Assembly (NCBI RefSeq): GCF_003231495.1
Contig: NZ_PQWO01000004.1
Span: forward strand, 330,001-362,000
Reading direction: 5' to 3'
Origin: Acaryochloris thomasi RCC1774
GTDB taxonomy: Bacteria > Cyanobacteriota > Cyanobacteriia > Thermosynechococcales > Thermosynechococcaceae
Length of the DNA stretch: 32,000 bases
This document shows positions 1 through 9,473 of the stretch, piece by piece. Position 1 is the first letter of the stretch; every line of letters begins with the position of its first letter. The translations under genes and the position numbers were made by a program. The notes beneath the pieces were generated by a model. It worked only from the letters and a program-made list of their open reading frames with translations, searched no databases and was not told where the DNA came from.

Positions 1-1
1 G

Positions 2-370
2 CAGCCAACCTCTGAGACGGTGCTAGCGCTGCGAGAACAGCAGGCCACTGACATTCAGAACCAGGTGCGCCAGGATGTGACGCGCTATCGCTACGGTATT
101 GATGGTCATTTGGATGAGCAATTGGGTCGCATTGGTCTCAGGCCGTCTAATGAAGAGTGTCCGTCACTGGTGGGGCTGCAGGAGAAAACCACGGACGATG
201 CCTATACGCTTGTGCTTGAGTTTGCGTCGGAAGATGTGGCGCTGGAGGCTTGGCAAGCGAAACAGGAAAAAATCACCACATTTTTTGGGCCAGGAATTGA
301 GGCGGTGCTGCAGCAGCCCCAAGAGAACCGGATTGATTTAGCGTTGATTTCGAAGCCCGCGTCGCCGTAG
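2..370 (+). CDS. C-terminal end of a hypothetical protein; the ORF is open to the window edge, so the 5' part is outside the window
   Basis: The frame is open from nt 2 with no upstream stop, and the stop is at 368-370. The GTG at 20 in the ORF track may not be the true start. I recognise no motif. Confidence 0.4.
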   Translation, partial: QPTSETVLALREQQATDIQNQVRQDVTRYRYGIDGHLDEQLGRIGLRPSNEECPSLVGLQEKTTDDAYTLVLEFASEDVALEAWQAKQEKITTFFGPGIEAVLQQPQENRIDLALISKPASP

Positions 371-512
371 CGGCTCTGCCGAGGATAAATATGACTAACA
401 TGGCGATAGGGGCATCGCAAAAAAACGACAGATGTTTGCGCAAGATTGGGTTGTTTGCGATCGCATCTCGAGCGCCGATACATGACCGAAGGGATACGGG
501 GATTTAAAATCT

Positions 513-1541
513 ATGGCCACTATCCTACTCTGGCTGCAGCTTGCGGTTGCCATCATTTTGGTCATCTTTCTGGGAGCTGGCCTTGCTAAAAGCGCCGATG
601 TGATTGCGGAGAAGTCGGGGCTAGGTCGCACCTGGGTCGGTGCAATTTTGCTGGCAGGCGTGACTTCGCTGCCTGAGCTGGCGACGGGTATCAGTGCCGT
701 TACCATTTTAGATGCGCCAGATTTAGCGGCGGGGGCAATTCTAGGGAGCTGCCTCTTCAATTTGGTCATCCTCGCTATTTTAGATTTTGTCTGCGGTCCT
801 GATCCGCTGTTTCAGCGGGCACAGATGAGCCACGGTCTGGCAGCGGGCTTGGGCTGTGTTCTGTTGGGCATTGCGGCGGTGGGTATGGTGACGGGGGGGA
901 TGGCTGAGCCGCTCAGGGTGGGGTGGGTCAGCGTTTTTAGCCTGGTGCTGTTGGTGGTTTATTTCTTGAGTGGCCGCATGATTGCTCAGTGCGAAGTTGA
1001 GCGTCGCACTGAGGTTCTAGAGCAGGAAGCTGAAATTTTTCAATATCAGCATATTCGCCTTCGCCAGGCCTACGTTCGCTTCGTGGTGATGTCAATCGGG
1101 ATTGTACTAACGGGGATTTGGCTAGCGGGGATTTGCGATCGCATCGCTGAGGTCACGGGCCTCGGAGAGAGCTTTGTTGGGGCGTTACTGTTGGCGGCAA
1201 CGACTTCTTTGCCGGAGGTGGTCACCTCTATTTCTGCCATCCGCCTGAATGCAGTTGATTTGGCGGTTTCCAACGTTTTCGGGTCCAACGTTTTTAACCT
1301 CGGTATTTTAGGTCTGTTCGATCTGGCCTACTGGAAAGGAGATTTATTGGCTACCATCAGTCCGATTCACCTCAATACGGCGTTGGTGGCTATGATTATG
1401 ACTTCGGTTGCGATCGTAGGCCTCGTCTATCGCGCTGCTGTCAAAGAATCGCAGCGGTACGTTACCTGGGACGGGGTGACGCTGATTGTTCTATATCTCT
1501 TTGGAATGTATATGGTATACAACAACTCCCCCGGAACATGA
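513..1541 (+). CDS. Ca2+/cation antiporter (CaCA / Na+:Ca2+ exchanger membrane-region family, YrbG-like)
   Basis: 342-aa polytopic membrane protein. It carries the two internally repeated alpha-repeat motifs GAILLAGVTSLPELATGISAV and GALLLAATTSLPEVVTSISAI, separated by a charged loop. Confidence 0.85.
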   Translation: MATILLWLQLAVAIILVIFLGAGLAKSADVIAEKSGLGRTWVGAILLAGVTSLPELATGISAVTILDAPDLAAGAILGSCLFNLVILAILDFVCGPDPLFQRAQMSHGLAAGLGCVLLGIAAVGMVTGGMAEPLRVGWVSVFSLVLLVVYFLSGRMIAQCEVERRTEVLEQEAEIFQYQHIRLRQAYVRFVVMSIGIVLTGIWLAGICDRIAEVTGLGESFVGALLLAATTSLPEVVTSISAIRLNAVDLAVSNVFGSNVFNLGILGLFDLAYWKGDLLATISPIHLNTALVAMIMTSVAIVGLVYRAAVKESQRYVTWDGVTLIVLYLFGMYMVYNNSPGT

Positions 1542-1557
1542 TGAATTTTCCCAAGGG

Positions 1558-2163
1558 TTAAGGAAGAATCCACGAACTCGTCACGTTTTCGTTTTCCCAT
1601 TCAAAGAAGGCCCTATAGTTGCCTTCCTCCCGTAGATGAAGGACGTCGACGGCATGGATAATTGTCCGAATGGCGGCAAAATACTGACGGCCGACGCTGA
1701 GGTCCTCTGGAGAGAAGGTATCTGCTTCAATGTGTTGGGGTAAGCCAGACTGGGGAGCTGTGACCTGCGTACCAGGAGCCTGAGACTTAGTGTAAAGCTT
1801 GAGGCTCTGGGGAGAGCTGCTCTGCCAAAGCTGATTTGCGATCGCATCTTCAAAGTGTAGTGTCGCAGTACCTCGCAACCGCAGCTGCTCTCGCTGCTCA
1901 GGATGCCAGAAATGCCAGGTCACCCGAGCGTCTTGATCAACCTCTTGTATTTTGGGCGCTCGGCGATCAGAGTGGAACAACAGTGCGCGCGCTGAGACAT
2001 CAACCGCTCGTAAAACAACGGTTCGCAGATTGGGACCCCCAGCCCCTATGCTGCCAAATGTGGGACTGTGGTAGGGATGGCCTGGATGATTGGCACCATG
2101 ACAAATCTGATCCCAAACGTGGGTCAGCAATGAGTCAAGGCCGTTATGTCGCTTCAGTGCCAT
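1558..2163 (-). CDS. Pyridoxamine 5'-phosphate oxidase-like FMN-binding protein
   Basis: PNPOx-like core (RTVVLRAVD...LLFHSDRRAPKIQE...VTWHFWHPEQREQLRLRG). The C-terminus, ...YRAFFEWENENVTSSWILP, resembles the PdxH C-terminal motif. I chose the ATG at 2163; the track ORF begins at a TTG at 2175. Confidence 0.75.
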   Translation of the reverse strand: MALKRHNGLDSLLTHVWDQICHGANHPGHPYHSPTFGSIGAGGPNLRTVVLRAVDVSARALLFHSDRRAPKIQEVDQDARVTWHFWHPEQREQLRLRGTATLHFEDAIANQLWQSSSPQSLKLYTKSQAPGTQVTAPQSGLPQHIEADTFSPEDLSVGRQYFAAIRTIIHAVDVLHLREEGNYRAFFEWENENVTSSWILP

Positions 2164-2430
2164 ACTCCATCCCAATGAGGTGCAAGCCTATCTGGTGATC
2201 CTCGGCGCATATCATTTAGCAACGCAGAATAGATGTCTACCGTCTCTTAACTCTATGAGAAAACATCAAAAATGCTGATATCCTCATAAACCACAATTGC
2301 CTGCCCTCAGTCAGACCTTATGGCGGTACACGTATTGATTAGGAGATAAAAACATTAAACCCATCTGTGCTAAGGAAGGGCTGTCCTAACTCAGCCGAGT
2401 ACCGCCATATCGGCGTAACAAGCGGCTGCG

Positions 2431-2652
2431 TTACGAGCGTTGTTGCGAATCTTGAGCAGATTCTGGATCAAGCTGCCAGCGTTCTTGGTCTCGCTGCTCT
2501 AGCTTCTCTTGGGTGTGCAGCACCTCACCTGCCGGCATCTCAACGCCCGCCTTCGCTGCAATATTATCAATGCTGTGTTCAGGGGTTGGTTCGACCTCGC
2601 CCGCTTTGGCTCCATTCAAGTCGGCGGCCTGTGCTCTGCTGACGTCACTCAT
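2431..2652 (-). CDS. Small acidic hypothetical protein (73 aa from the internal ATG)
   Basis: ORF with an AAGAGGA Shine-Dalgarno-like element upstream of the ATG at 2652. It is on the same strand as, and downstream of, the 362-aa hypothetical gene. No family recognised. Confidence 0.4.
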   Translation of the reverse strand: MSDVSRAQAADLNGAKAGEVEPTPEHSIDNIAAKAGVEMPAGEVLHTQEKLEQRDQERWQLDPESAQDSQQRS

Positions 2653-2805
2653 CTTTTTGATAGTCCTCTTATTCTTCAAGACGGGGCGATGCATCCGTCT
2701 TGTTGTACCTTATCGGGTTGGCACTCTTTTGACCTCTGTCTAAAGGCAGAGACGATTGAGGCCCTCAAGATCAAGGGGCGTAGACCCTTGTTGGCAAGTC
2801 TTCTA

Positions 2806-3894
2806 TCACAGCCCCGACGCCTGAACTGGATATGAGATAGTTTCCACAGGTAAATGGGCACAGTCCAAGTCGTCATACCGTAACTGCAGCCGTCGCTCAC
2901 CGGCATACTCAACCAGCTTGCCGCTGTACTTCTCCGCATGGGTACCCAAGCACTGAATCCGCACCTGCCCTCCAAATACCGTCGCCCGAGCTAAATAAAT
3001 TACTAAATCATCCCGCGAAGGCCGGTTGACCGTCGTACTGGCCGTCAAATGAGCGAGTCCCCGCTCGTCCAGCTCCTGAGTGAGCGCCATTGCCGTGTTG
3101 CGAATGCCCCGAATCGCCACGATGGCGGCTGCCACCGCCATCGTGATATCAATGCCGTCATCGGTCAGAATCTGCTGATGGGCTAAGTACTGAAAATTCT
3201 GTTCGCCCAAATCATCTCGAATCCGTCGATGGATTATATTGTGGGGCTGATAGTTATTAAGGGTGTCTGAGATAGCACCACAGGCTGCCCGAGGCTCTCG
3301 CCAAGGCGACTCCCGCGTTTTGCCATAGGTCCGTTTTTTATTCCCCTCTGGTCCCTCTCGCAGACGACCCACATGGGTTTTCAGATCAATAGCCACCAAC
3401 ACCATTGACTGAGGGTTCCCTGTATATAACTGCTGGCGGAGCTGCTGATCAAGCTGGTGCGCCACCGTGACGTGGGCCAGCGTGGCACCATTGTCTGTGC
3501 CACCCCCCGCCGGGAAAAACGCCTCCAGCTTCAGTTCGCCAATTTCTGAAAGGGTGGCAAATCGAGAGGCCACCACATCTCGATAGCGCTTAGTAGCTTC
3601 ACCCTGATGGATGCGATCGCCACAGTTTGTATATGCCAAGGTTGTCACCACGCTGGGCAAGCTCAGATCCGCCCCACAGGCTTGCATGTCGGCATCGCCC
3701 TCGGCATCCCTCGGGGCCGCTAACTGTAGTTCATCGCGCAGCAGCTGTAGCCCTTTGATCAGGGCATAGCGATCGCTGACAATCTCATTGAGATAGTTGT
3801 GATAGGCATTGCGTTCCATCCCAAAGCTGGCGGAGAGCTGCCAAAATTGGTCAATTCGCTGCTGAGCAGCCTCTGCATCGAATTTCATTGCCAT
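2806..3894 (-). CDS. Conserved-looking hypothetical protein, 362 aa, function unknown
   Basis: Long clean ORF containing two HIP1 sites (3613, 3769) and host-like composition. I recognise no catalytic motif. Confidence 0.6.
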   Translation of the reverse strand: MAMKFDAEAAQQRIDQFWQLSASFGMERNAYHNYLNEIVSDRYALIKGLQLLRDELQLAAPRDAEGDADMQACGADLSLPSVVTTLAYTNCGDRIHQGEATKRYRDVVASRFATLSEIGELKLEAFFPAGGGTDNGATLAHVTVAHQLDQQLRQQLYTGNPQSMVLVAIDLKTHVGRLREGPEGNKKRTYGKTRESPWREPRAACGAISDTLNNYQPHNIIHRRIRDDLGEQNFQYLAHQQILTDDGIDITMAVAAAIVAIRGIRNTAMALTQELDERGLAHLTASTTVNRPSRDDLVIYLARATVFGGQVRIQCLGTHAEKYSGKLVEYAGERRLQLRYDDLDCAHLPVETISYPVQASGL

Positions 3895-4045
3895 AGAGGA
3901 GCCTATAAAACGCGAAGGGTGGAACCAGGGACTATTATAGAGAGCAGGGAATTCACGCGCTATAGGGATTTTTTACTCCTCAAGAGGATTAGAGTCGCCT
4001 GAACGCCATAATTCTAATGATTTCTGCAGCTTGGGGGAGAACGCA

Positions 4046-4468
4046 ATGGAATATATCGGCATGGGTCCTCGCATCATTGCAGGTCTAATCGATCTGGTGA
4101 TCATACTACTGATGAGCGTGATCATCACCTTGCTGTCAGGACTCGCGACATCTGCTGGAATGCAGGTCTCACCTCCCACTTTCATCGCTGTAGCGCTGTT
4201 CTTCTTTTACCCCATCGGCTTTGAAGGAATTCTAGGAGCCACCATCGGCAAAATGATTATGGGGCAGAAAATAGTCAAGACGAATGGATTTCCCATCGAC
4301 TTGCCTGCAGCCATTGTTCGCAACCTCCTGCGCCCCATCGATGCGATTCCTTTCTTTTTACCTTATTTAACGGGCCTGATTTTGATCCAATCTTCACCCA
4401 AGCAGCAGCGACTGGGCGATCGCATCGCAAAGACAATTGTTGTCAGCAAGCCTGGGCGTCGCCGTTGA
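4046..4468 (+). CDS. RDD family membrane protein
   Basis: Matches the RDD domain pattern (GPRIIAGLIDLVI..., ...NLLRPIDAIPF..., QRLGDRIAKTIVV) with three hydrophobic segments. I prefer the ATG at 4046, preceded by GGGGGAGA, over the TTG at 4031. Confidence 0.75.
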   Translation: MEYIGMGPRIIAGLIDLVIILLMSVIITLLSGLATSAGMQVSPPTFIAVALFFFYPIGFEGILGATIGKMIMGQKIVKTNGFPIDLPAAIVRNLLRPIDAIPFFLPYLTGLILIQSSPKQQRLGDRIAKTIVVSKPGRRR

Positions 4469-4820
4469 GACGAACGCAGCCCGAGCTCTACTACTTGGTC
4501 GCGCAAAAAACCAAGGTCAGTCCTTAGTGGCTGATTTGTGCATAACAACATTCCCGTAAGTCATGAATATCAATGTAGCCCCTGCTGGTCCTTTGTAGGC
4601 TCCCTGAGCGTCACAAATATGAGATGCAATTGCGGCCATTGTCCAAGCATCCTCCTCTGATCCGCTCTATTTCAGACTCACCAGTTTTTCAAAGCCATAG
4701 CGAGTGCCATACGTTCTGAAGATTCAATACTAGGGGCTAATGATCTTAGAATGCCCGACAGTGAGGTAAATCTGAATGCTGTTGACAACTAGGGATAGGC
4801 AAGTACAAAGGACTGTCTGT

Positions 4821-6635
4821 TTAGTCTAAGATCTCTCCTGCTTCGTGCAGTTGATTGAGCTGCCAGTAGAGTCCTCGATTCTGAAGTAACTCCTCATGAC
4901 GACCAACTTCTGCAACCATGCCCTGATCAAGTACGACAATTTTGTCCGCATCCCGTACGGTACTCAAGCGGTGGGCAATCACCAATAGCGATCGCGTTCC
5001 AAACAAAGACCGCATCGCCATCTGAATCTCTCGCTCAGACTCATAATCCAAACTGGAAGTCGCTTCATCAAACACCAGTACATCCGGTTCCACCAGCAGC
5101 GCTCGCGCGATTCCAAGTCGCTGTCGCTGACCGCCCGATAGACGGACGCCCCGTTCCCCCACGACCGTAGAGTATCCATTTGCCAGCGATGGGATAAATT
5201 CATCCACCCGCGCAATCCGACAGGCGTCTTGCACCTGCTCAAAACTGGCCTGAGAATTACCGTAGGTGAGGTTATCCAACAGTGTGCCGTTAAAGACATC
5301 CACCTCTTGATGGACGATCGCAAGTCGCTTCCGATACTGAGTCATATCCAAGGAGCGAATATCCTGGTCATCCATCAAAATCTGGCCTGCTGTCGGGTCA
5401 AAGTAGCGAAACAACAGCTTCACTAGAGTTGACTTCCCGGAACCCGAACGTCCAACGAGGGCAACGGTCTGATAGGGTTCCACCAGGAAACTAACGTCTT
5501 TTAAGACGGGCTTATCGGTATCGTAGCCAAAGCTGATGTTGCGGAAATCTACCTTTCCGGTGAACTGATAGGGAGGGGTCTCGCCAATGATGGATAAATC
5601 AACGTTGTATATATCCGACGGTTCTTGTATAAGTTCATGGAACCTTACCATTGCTGCATAGCGCCGTGCCACAAACTCGGCCACCATGCTCAGCGGCTCA
5701 ATCTCAGCGTAGGCCATGCTGGAAACCGTCAGCGTCGTAATGAAATGACCAATTGAAATCCGCCCCTGAACTGCTGCGATTAGCGTCATTGCGAGAACAC
5801 AGAATACAGAGGTTTGCACAACGGTTCGTTGCCAAGTTGCTAAGTTCACGTACCCTCGATGGATGCGATGAAGGATCACATCCTGCTCGCGCTTGAACCG
5901 CTGCCGCTGCCGCTCTAGCTCACTAGCCTCAGTGGCAAATGCCTTTACCGTTTTGATGTTGGTAATAATCTCGGAAGTGCGGCTCTCGGTGTTCTCGATG
6001 TAGCGATCGATGATTTCTTCCCGGCGAATGAGTGACTGCAGATTTCGCAGACTGAAACCGAGAATGACGATGAAGGAAAGGAGGAATGCGATCGCAATTC
6101 GCCATTCGATCAGCAAAATGACGCCAAAGATTCCCAGGACTCTCGCCAACTTGGGTACAAACTGTCCGGCAACTTCAGGATAGGTCCAGGTATGGTTCTC
6201 TAGCCCCCGCGAGACACGACCCGCGATTCGTCCTGGGTTATTTTCGTCATAGAACGCCAGTGGAAAAGTCAGGATTTTGGAGAGTACCCGCTCAGCATAG
6301 TCACGCCGCGCCCTCAGCGGAATCGCCCAGTGGAACCAGCTTCCAATCCAGGGTTGAATGGGCGCGCGCAAGACCGAGACCGCAAAAATTGCCCCTAGGA
6401 GAACCCAGAGAGCGAGGGATTGGCCAACGGGAATGTTGAAAAGTTCCCCAATGCTTACAACGATTCGCTGAACGGGGCCATCGAGGGGTTGACGAGAGAG
6501 AACATTGAGAATTTGACCAATGGCGTAGGGAACGAGTAAGTCAAGGATCTCAAATAGGCTAGCAGCCGCAATGCTGAGGGTTGCGATCGGCCAGTAGCCG
6601 CGATAGTACCTGAGAATATCTTTGTAGGAAGCCAT
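4821..6635 (-). CDS. ABC transporter, fused permease/ATP-binding exporter (MsbA/multidrug type)
   Basis: N-terminal six-TM-type domain. Walker A is GRSGSGKST, the ABC signature is LSGGQRQR, and Walker B is VLVFDEATS. I chose the ATG at 6635; the track ORF begins at a GTG at 6644. Confidence 0.9.
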   Translation of the reverse strand: MASYKDILRYYRGYWPIATLSIAAASLFEILDLLVPYAIGQILNVLSRQPLDGPVQRIVVSIGELFNIPVGQSLALWVLLGAIFAVSVLRAPIQPWIGSWFHWAIPLRARRDYAERVLSKILTFPLAFYDENNPGRIAGRVSRGLENHTWTYPEVAGQFVPKLARVLGIFGVILLIEWRIAIAFLLSFIVILGFSLRNLQSLIRREEIIDRYIENTESRTSEIITNIKTVKAFATEASELERQRQRFKREQDVILHRIHRGYVNLATWQRTVVQTSVFCVLAMTLIAAVQGRISIGHFITTLTVSSMAYAEIEPLSMVAEFVARRYAAMVRFHELIQEPSDIYNVDLSIIGETPPYQFTGKVDFRNISFGYDTDKPVLKDVSFLVEPYQTVALVGRSGSGKSTLVKLLFRYFDPTAGQILMDDQDIRSLDMTQYRKRLAIVHQEVDVFNGTLLDNLTYGNSQASFEQVQDACRIARVDEFIPSLANGYSTVVGERGVRLSGGQRQRLGIARALLVEPDVLVFDEATSSLDYESEREIQMAMRSLFGTRSLLVIAHRLSTVRDADKIVVLDQGMVAEVGRHEELLQNRGLYWQLNQLHEAGEILD

Positions 6636-6912
6636 GAAGTCCACCTAAGGATGCAGTGTTTTTCCTGGCGGCAGGAGTTGTTTGGGGTTGTGCCGTTAGG
6701 CCAAAGGTAGGGCGTATAAACATGGTTCGTAGCCTCCCGCAAACTTTGCATCGTCGGTGTTCACAAGTTCTAAGGTAGCAAATCTAGCCAGATTGTGGCT
6801 TGTGAAATGGAATGTGTGAGATCAAACCATTGAGAGGGGATTGTGATGATCAAACCCCTAAGCCTAATTTCCTGTAGGCTAATGACTGAGACTATTTTTG
6901 TATATACTAAAA

Positions 6913-7188
6913 ATGTATTTTGATTGGGATGAGCGCAAAGCTGAATCCAATATTCGTAAGCATGGTATTTCCTTTAACGAAGCTGTAACGGTCTTTGCTG
7001 ATCCCTACCTGGTTTTCACTGTAGACCTTGAACATTCTGGTCCAGAAGATCGAGAATGGGCCATCGGTGAAACTGACGGTGGTTTGCCTGTTGTGGTGGT
7101 ATTTACGATGCGTGGTGAGCAAATCAGAATTATTAGTGCTAGACCTGCAACAAAACAAGAACGCCAAAACTATGAATCAGGACTCTGA
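6913..7188 (+). CDS. brnT: BrnT-family ribonuclease toxin (DUF497)
   Basis: YFDWDERKAESNIRKHGISFNEA...FADPY...IRIISARPATKQERQNYE matches the BrnT/DUF497 pattern. I chose the ATG at 6913; the track ORF begins at a TTG at 6898. Confidence 0.85.
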   Translation: MYFDWDERKAESNIRKHGISFNEAVTVFADPYLVFTVDLEHSGPEDREWAIGETDGGLPVVVVFTMRGEQIRIISARPATKQERQNYESGL

Positions 7189-7438
7189 GTTTCCCTTTGA
7201 ACGAGCTAGACGAGTCACACCTGAAGAGCATCAGCAATTTAAAGAGGCGCTTTCTAAGCAATTTGGTCTCCAGCCCAGAAAGCGAGGGCGTCCCGCAAAA
7301 GAGCAAGATGAGAAGTATGAGCCGATTTCGATTCGGCTACACCCGAAGGTTCTAACTTGGGCTAAGGCTGAGGCTCAACGGCGGGGAATTGGCTATCAAA
7401 CGGTAATCAATGAGGTGCTGCTGGCTCAGATTGGTTAG
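7172..7438 (+). CDS. brnA: BrnA-family antitoxin (CopG/RHH-like C-terminus)
   Basis: The ATG at 7172 overlaps the brnT 3' end by 17 nt. The C-terminus ISIRLHPKVLTWAKAEAQRRGIGYQTVINEVL is typical of BrnA. Confidence 0.8.
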   Translation: MNQDSEFPFERARRVTPEEHQQFKEALSKQFGLQPRKRGRPAKEQDEKYEPISIRLHPKVLTWAKAEAQRRGIGYQTVINEVLLAQIG

Positions 7439-7746
7439 AGTGCTGCAAACTAAGCTTGGCAAATCTTGGAGAGCAACTCGCAAGTCGTTGCACTAAGGTC
7501 CGCAATCACAGCAGTTCCATCTACCTCATGTCTTGAGTTTTCTGCCCAAAACCTCCCACAAATTGAGCATGTCGTTGTTTTTAGCGCACGCAGCACAAAC
7601 AACAAGTGCAATGCTACGGGCAACTGCCACTTCAAATGACTGCGCTTATCGATGAAGTTTTGTGCTGAACATTTTCTTTCTTGGGCACTATAAATACAGC
7701 TCACCCCTCTGGGAGCAACACCTTAACCTGAAAGGATATTGTCAGT

Positions 7747-7929
7747 ATGAAACGAGCGACCAAAAAGGTGCTTCCTTCAATAGCAGGTGTTTGGGTCGTT
7801 CTCTTATTGATGAATCTTCCTGCAATGATAAATCCAACACCTCTTTCGAGAGTTCGTGAAAGGTTTGTTGTACAAACAATCTTGTTTGGGATACTTACCG
7901 GATCTGTGGAAATCTTTGCCAAAGAATAG
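7747..7929 (+). CDS. Possible small membrane protein (60 aa), doubtful
   Basis: Basic N-terminus followed by a hydrophobic stretch (MKRATKKVLPSIAGVWVVLLLM...), with AAAGGA upstream. It lies in an AT-rich, ORF-poor region and overlaps an equally long antisense ORF. Confidence 0.25.
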   Translation: MKRATKKVLPSIAGVWVVLLLMNLPAMINPTPLSRVRERFVVQTILFGILTGSVEIFAKE

Positions 7930-8078
7930 CTTGAAAATCTTGTAATTCTGATGCTGAAGAAATTGATTTAGAGTGAATAAAAATATCCATGTGTTGGACT
8001 TCGGATATGAATTGCTGAAAGATAGCTTTCAGTATGATTCCTACCCTAGACTGACGGGTAAAGATACTGGCACTCACC

Positions 8079-9446
8079 ATGCAACGTAAATTGACCGAAG
8101 GCTCCGTCGGCTCACAGCTCATCAAACTGACGTTGCCAATGGTGTGGGGTGTATTTGCTCTCATAGCCTTTAACCTCGTTGATACCTATTTTGTCGGTCA
8201 ACTTGGCACAGCACAGCTTGCTGCCATGAGCTTCACCTTCCCGGTGGTTCTGACCCTCGGAAGTCTAGCAATGGGTTTAGGCGTCGGCGCATCCTCCGTG
8301 ATCGCACGAGCCATCGGCGAAGGCGACATGAGCCGAGTCCAGCGGTTCACTACCAACAGTCTGACGCTAGCCGTAACGGCAGTGGTGCTATTTGTGACCG
8401 TGGGGTTGCTGACCATTGAGCCATTGTTTCAGCTACTGGGCGCAGGGCCAGAGGTGATGCCCTTCATCCAGGACTACATGCAGATCTGGTATTTCGGCAT
8501 GGTGTTTTTAGTGGTGCCAATGGTGGGCAATAGTGCAATTAGAGCTTCAGGCAATACCTTGACGCCTAGCCTAATCATGACGCTCGCCGCAGCCGTGAAT
8601 ATTATTCTCGATCCGTTGCTGATTACGGGGGCGCTGGGCTTTCCAAGATTGGAACTGCAGGGAGCGGCTATAGCAACCGTCATCTCCCGAGCCACAACCT
8701 TAGTGGCGGCACTCCTGGTACTGCGCTTCAAAGAAAACATGCTCTCCATGAAGCTACCAGGTCTAGAAGAGACTCTCTATTGCTGGAAAGATATCTTGAC
8801 CGTAGGCTTACCCGCAGCGGCGGCCAGTATGATTACGCCCATTTCGATTGGTGTGATTACGAGTCTGTTAGCCGTTCATGGTCAGGCTGCAGTCGCAGGT
8901 TTTGGCGTTGCTTCGCGCATGGAATCCTTTGCCCTCATTGCAGTCATGGCCCTATCGGCCAGTATGGGACCGTTTGTTGGTCAAAACTGGGGCGCGCAGC
9001 AGATTGATCGCGTGAGACTGGCACTGCGTCAGAGCTTCTTATTCTGCCTCGGCTGGGGAGTGCTCGTGGCCGTTGGACTCGGACTCGGGGCGCAAGCACT
9101 AGCAGGACTATTCAACAAAGATCCGGACGTGATTGCTGTGGCCGCTCAATACCTCTGGCTGGTGCCTATCAGCTATGGCGCAGCAGGGATTATCCAGGTC
9201 TCAAGCTCAGCCTTTAACGCGATGGGCAAGCCTATTCCATCGATTATTATGACCATCACTCGGATGTTTGTTCTCTATCTACCGCTGGCCTATGTTGGCA
9301 GCAAAATATCAGGGCCAACGGGAATTTTTGCAGCAGCGCTAGTGTCAAATGTGGTTGTGGGAGTGGGGGCTTACGCCTGGAATCGACGAGCCTGCCGTCA
9401 ACAACCTGCCGTCGAGCTGACTAAAAGCGAAGGCCTGAGTCCCTAG
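8079..9446 (+). CDS. MATE family efflux transporter
   Basis: 455-aa, 12-TM-type protein. The N-terminus (LIKLTLPMVWGVFALIAFNLVDTYFVGQLG) and overall pattern are typical of MATE/NorM-DinF transporters. Confidence 0.9.
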   Translation: MQRKLTEGSVGSQLIKLTLPMVWGVFALIAFNLVDTYFVGQLGTAQLAAMSFTFPVVLTLGSLAMGLGVGASSVIARAIGEGDMSRVQRFTTNSLTLAVTAVVLFVTVGLLTIEPLFQLLGAGPEVMPFIQDYMQIWYFGMVFLVVPMVGNSAIRASGNTLTPSLIMTLAAAVNIILDPLLITGALGFPRLELQGAAIATVISRATTLVAALLVLRFKENMLSMKLPGLEETLYCWKDILTVGLPAAAASMITPISIGVITSLLAVHGQAAVAGFGVASRMESFALIAVMALSASMGPFVGQNWGAQQIDRVRLALRQSFLFCLGWGVLVAVGLGLGAQALAGLFNKDPDVIAVAAQYLWLVPISYGAAGIIQVSSSAFNAMGKPIPSIIMTITRMFVLYLPLAYVGSKISGPTGIFAAALVSNVVVGVGAYAWNRRACRQQPAVELTKSEGLSP

Positions 9447-9473
9447 CCCCACTCCCATAGTGGATGAAGAGAG

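Noticed and set aside
6861-6890. A shared motif, TAG[G/C]CTAATGAC, and AGCCTA...TAGGCT inverted repeats upstream of both TA modules (6861-6890 and 18469-18489), suggesting a common operator.
   Set aside because: It is an 11-of-12 match found post hoc between two short regions. By rough estimate chance is not excluded, and the two TA families have unrelated antitoxins.
7450-7704. An 84-aa minus-strand ORF containing TTTCSICG, reminiscent of the TnpB/IscB C-terminal zinc-finger motif (TSQTCSxCG). It could be a decayed transposon-nuclease fragment.
   Set aside because: There is only one CxxC. I see no RuvC motif, no second zinc-knuckle half, and no flanking IS ends. The resemblance is too short to support a call without a database search.
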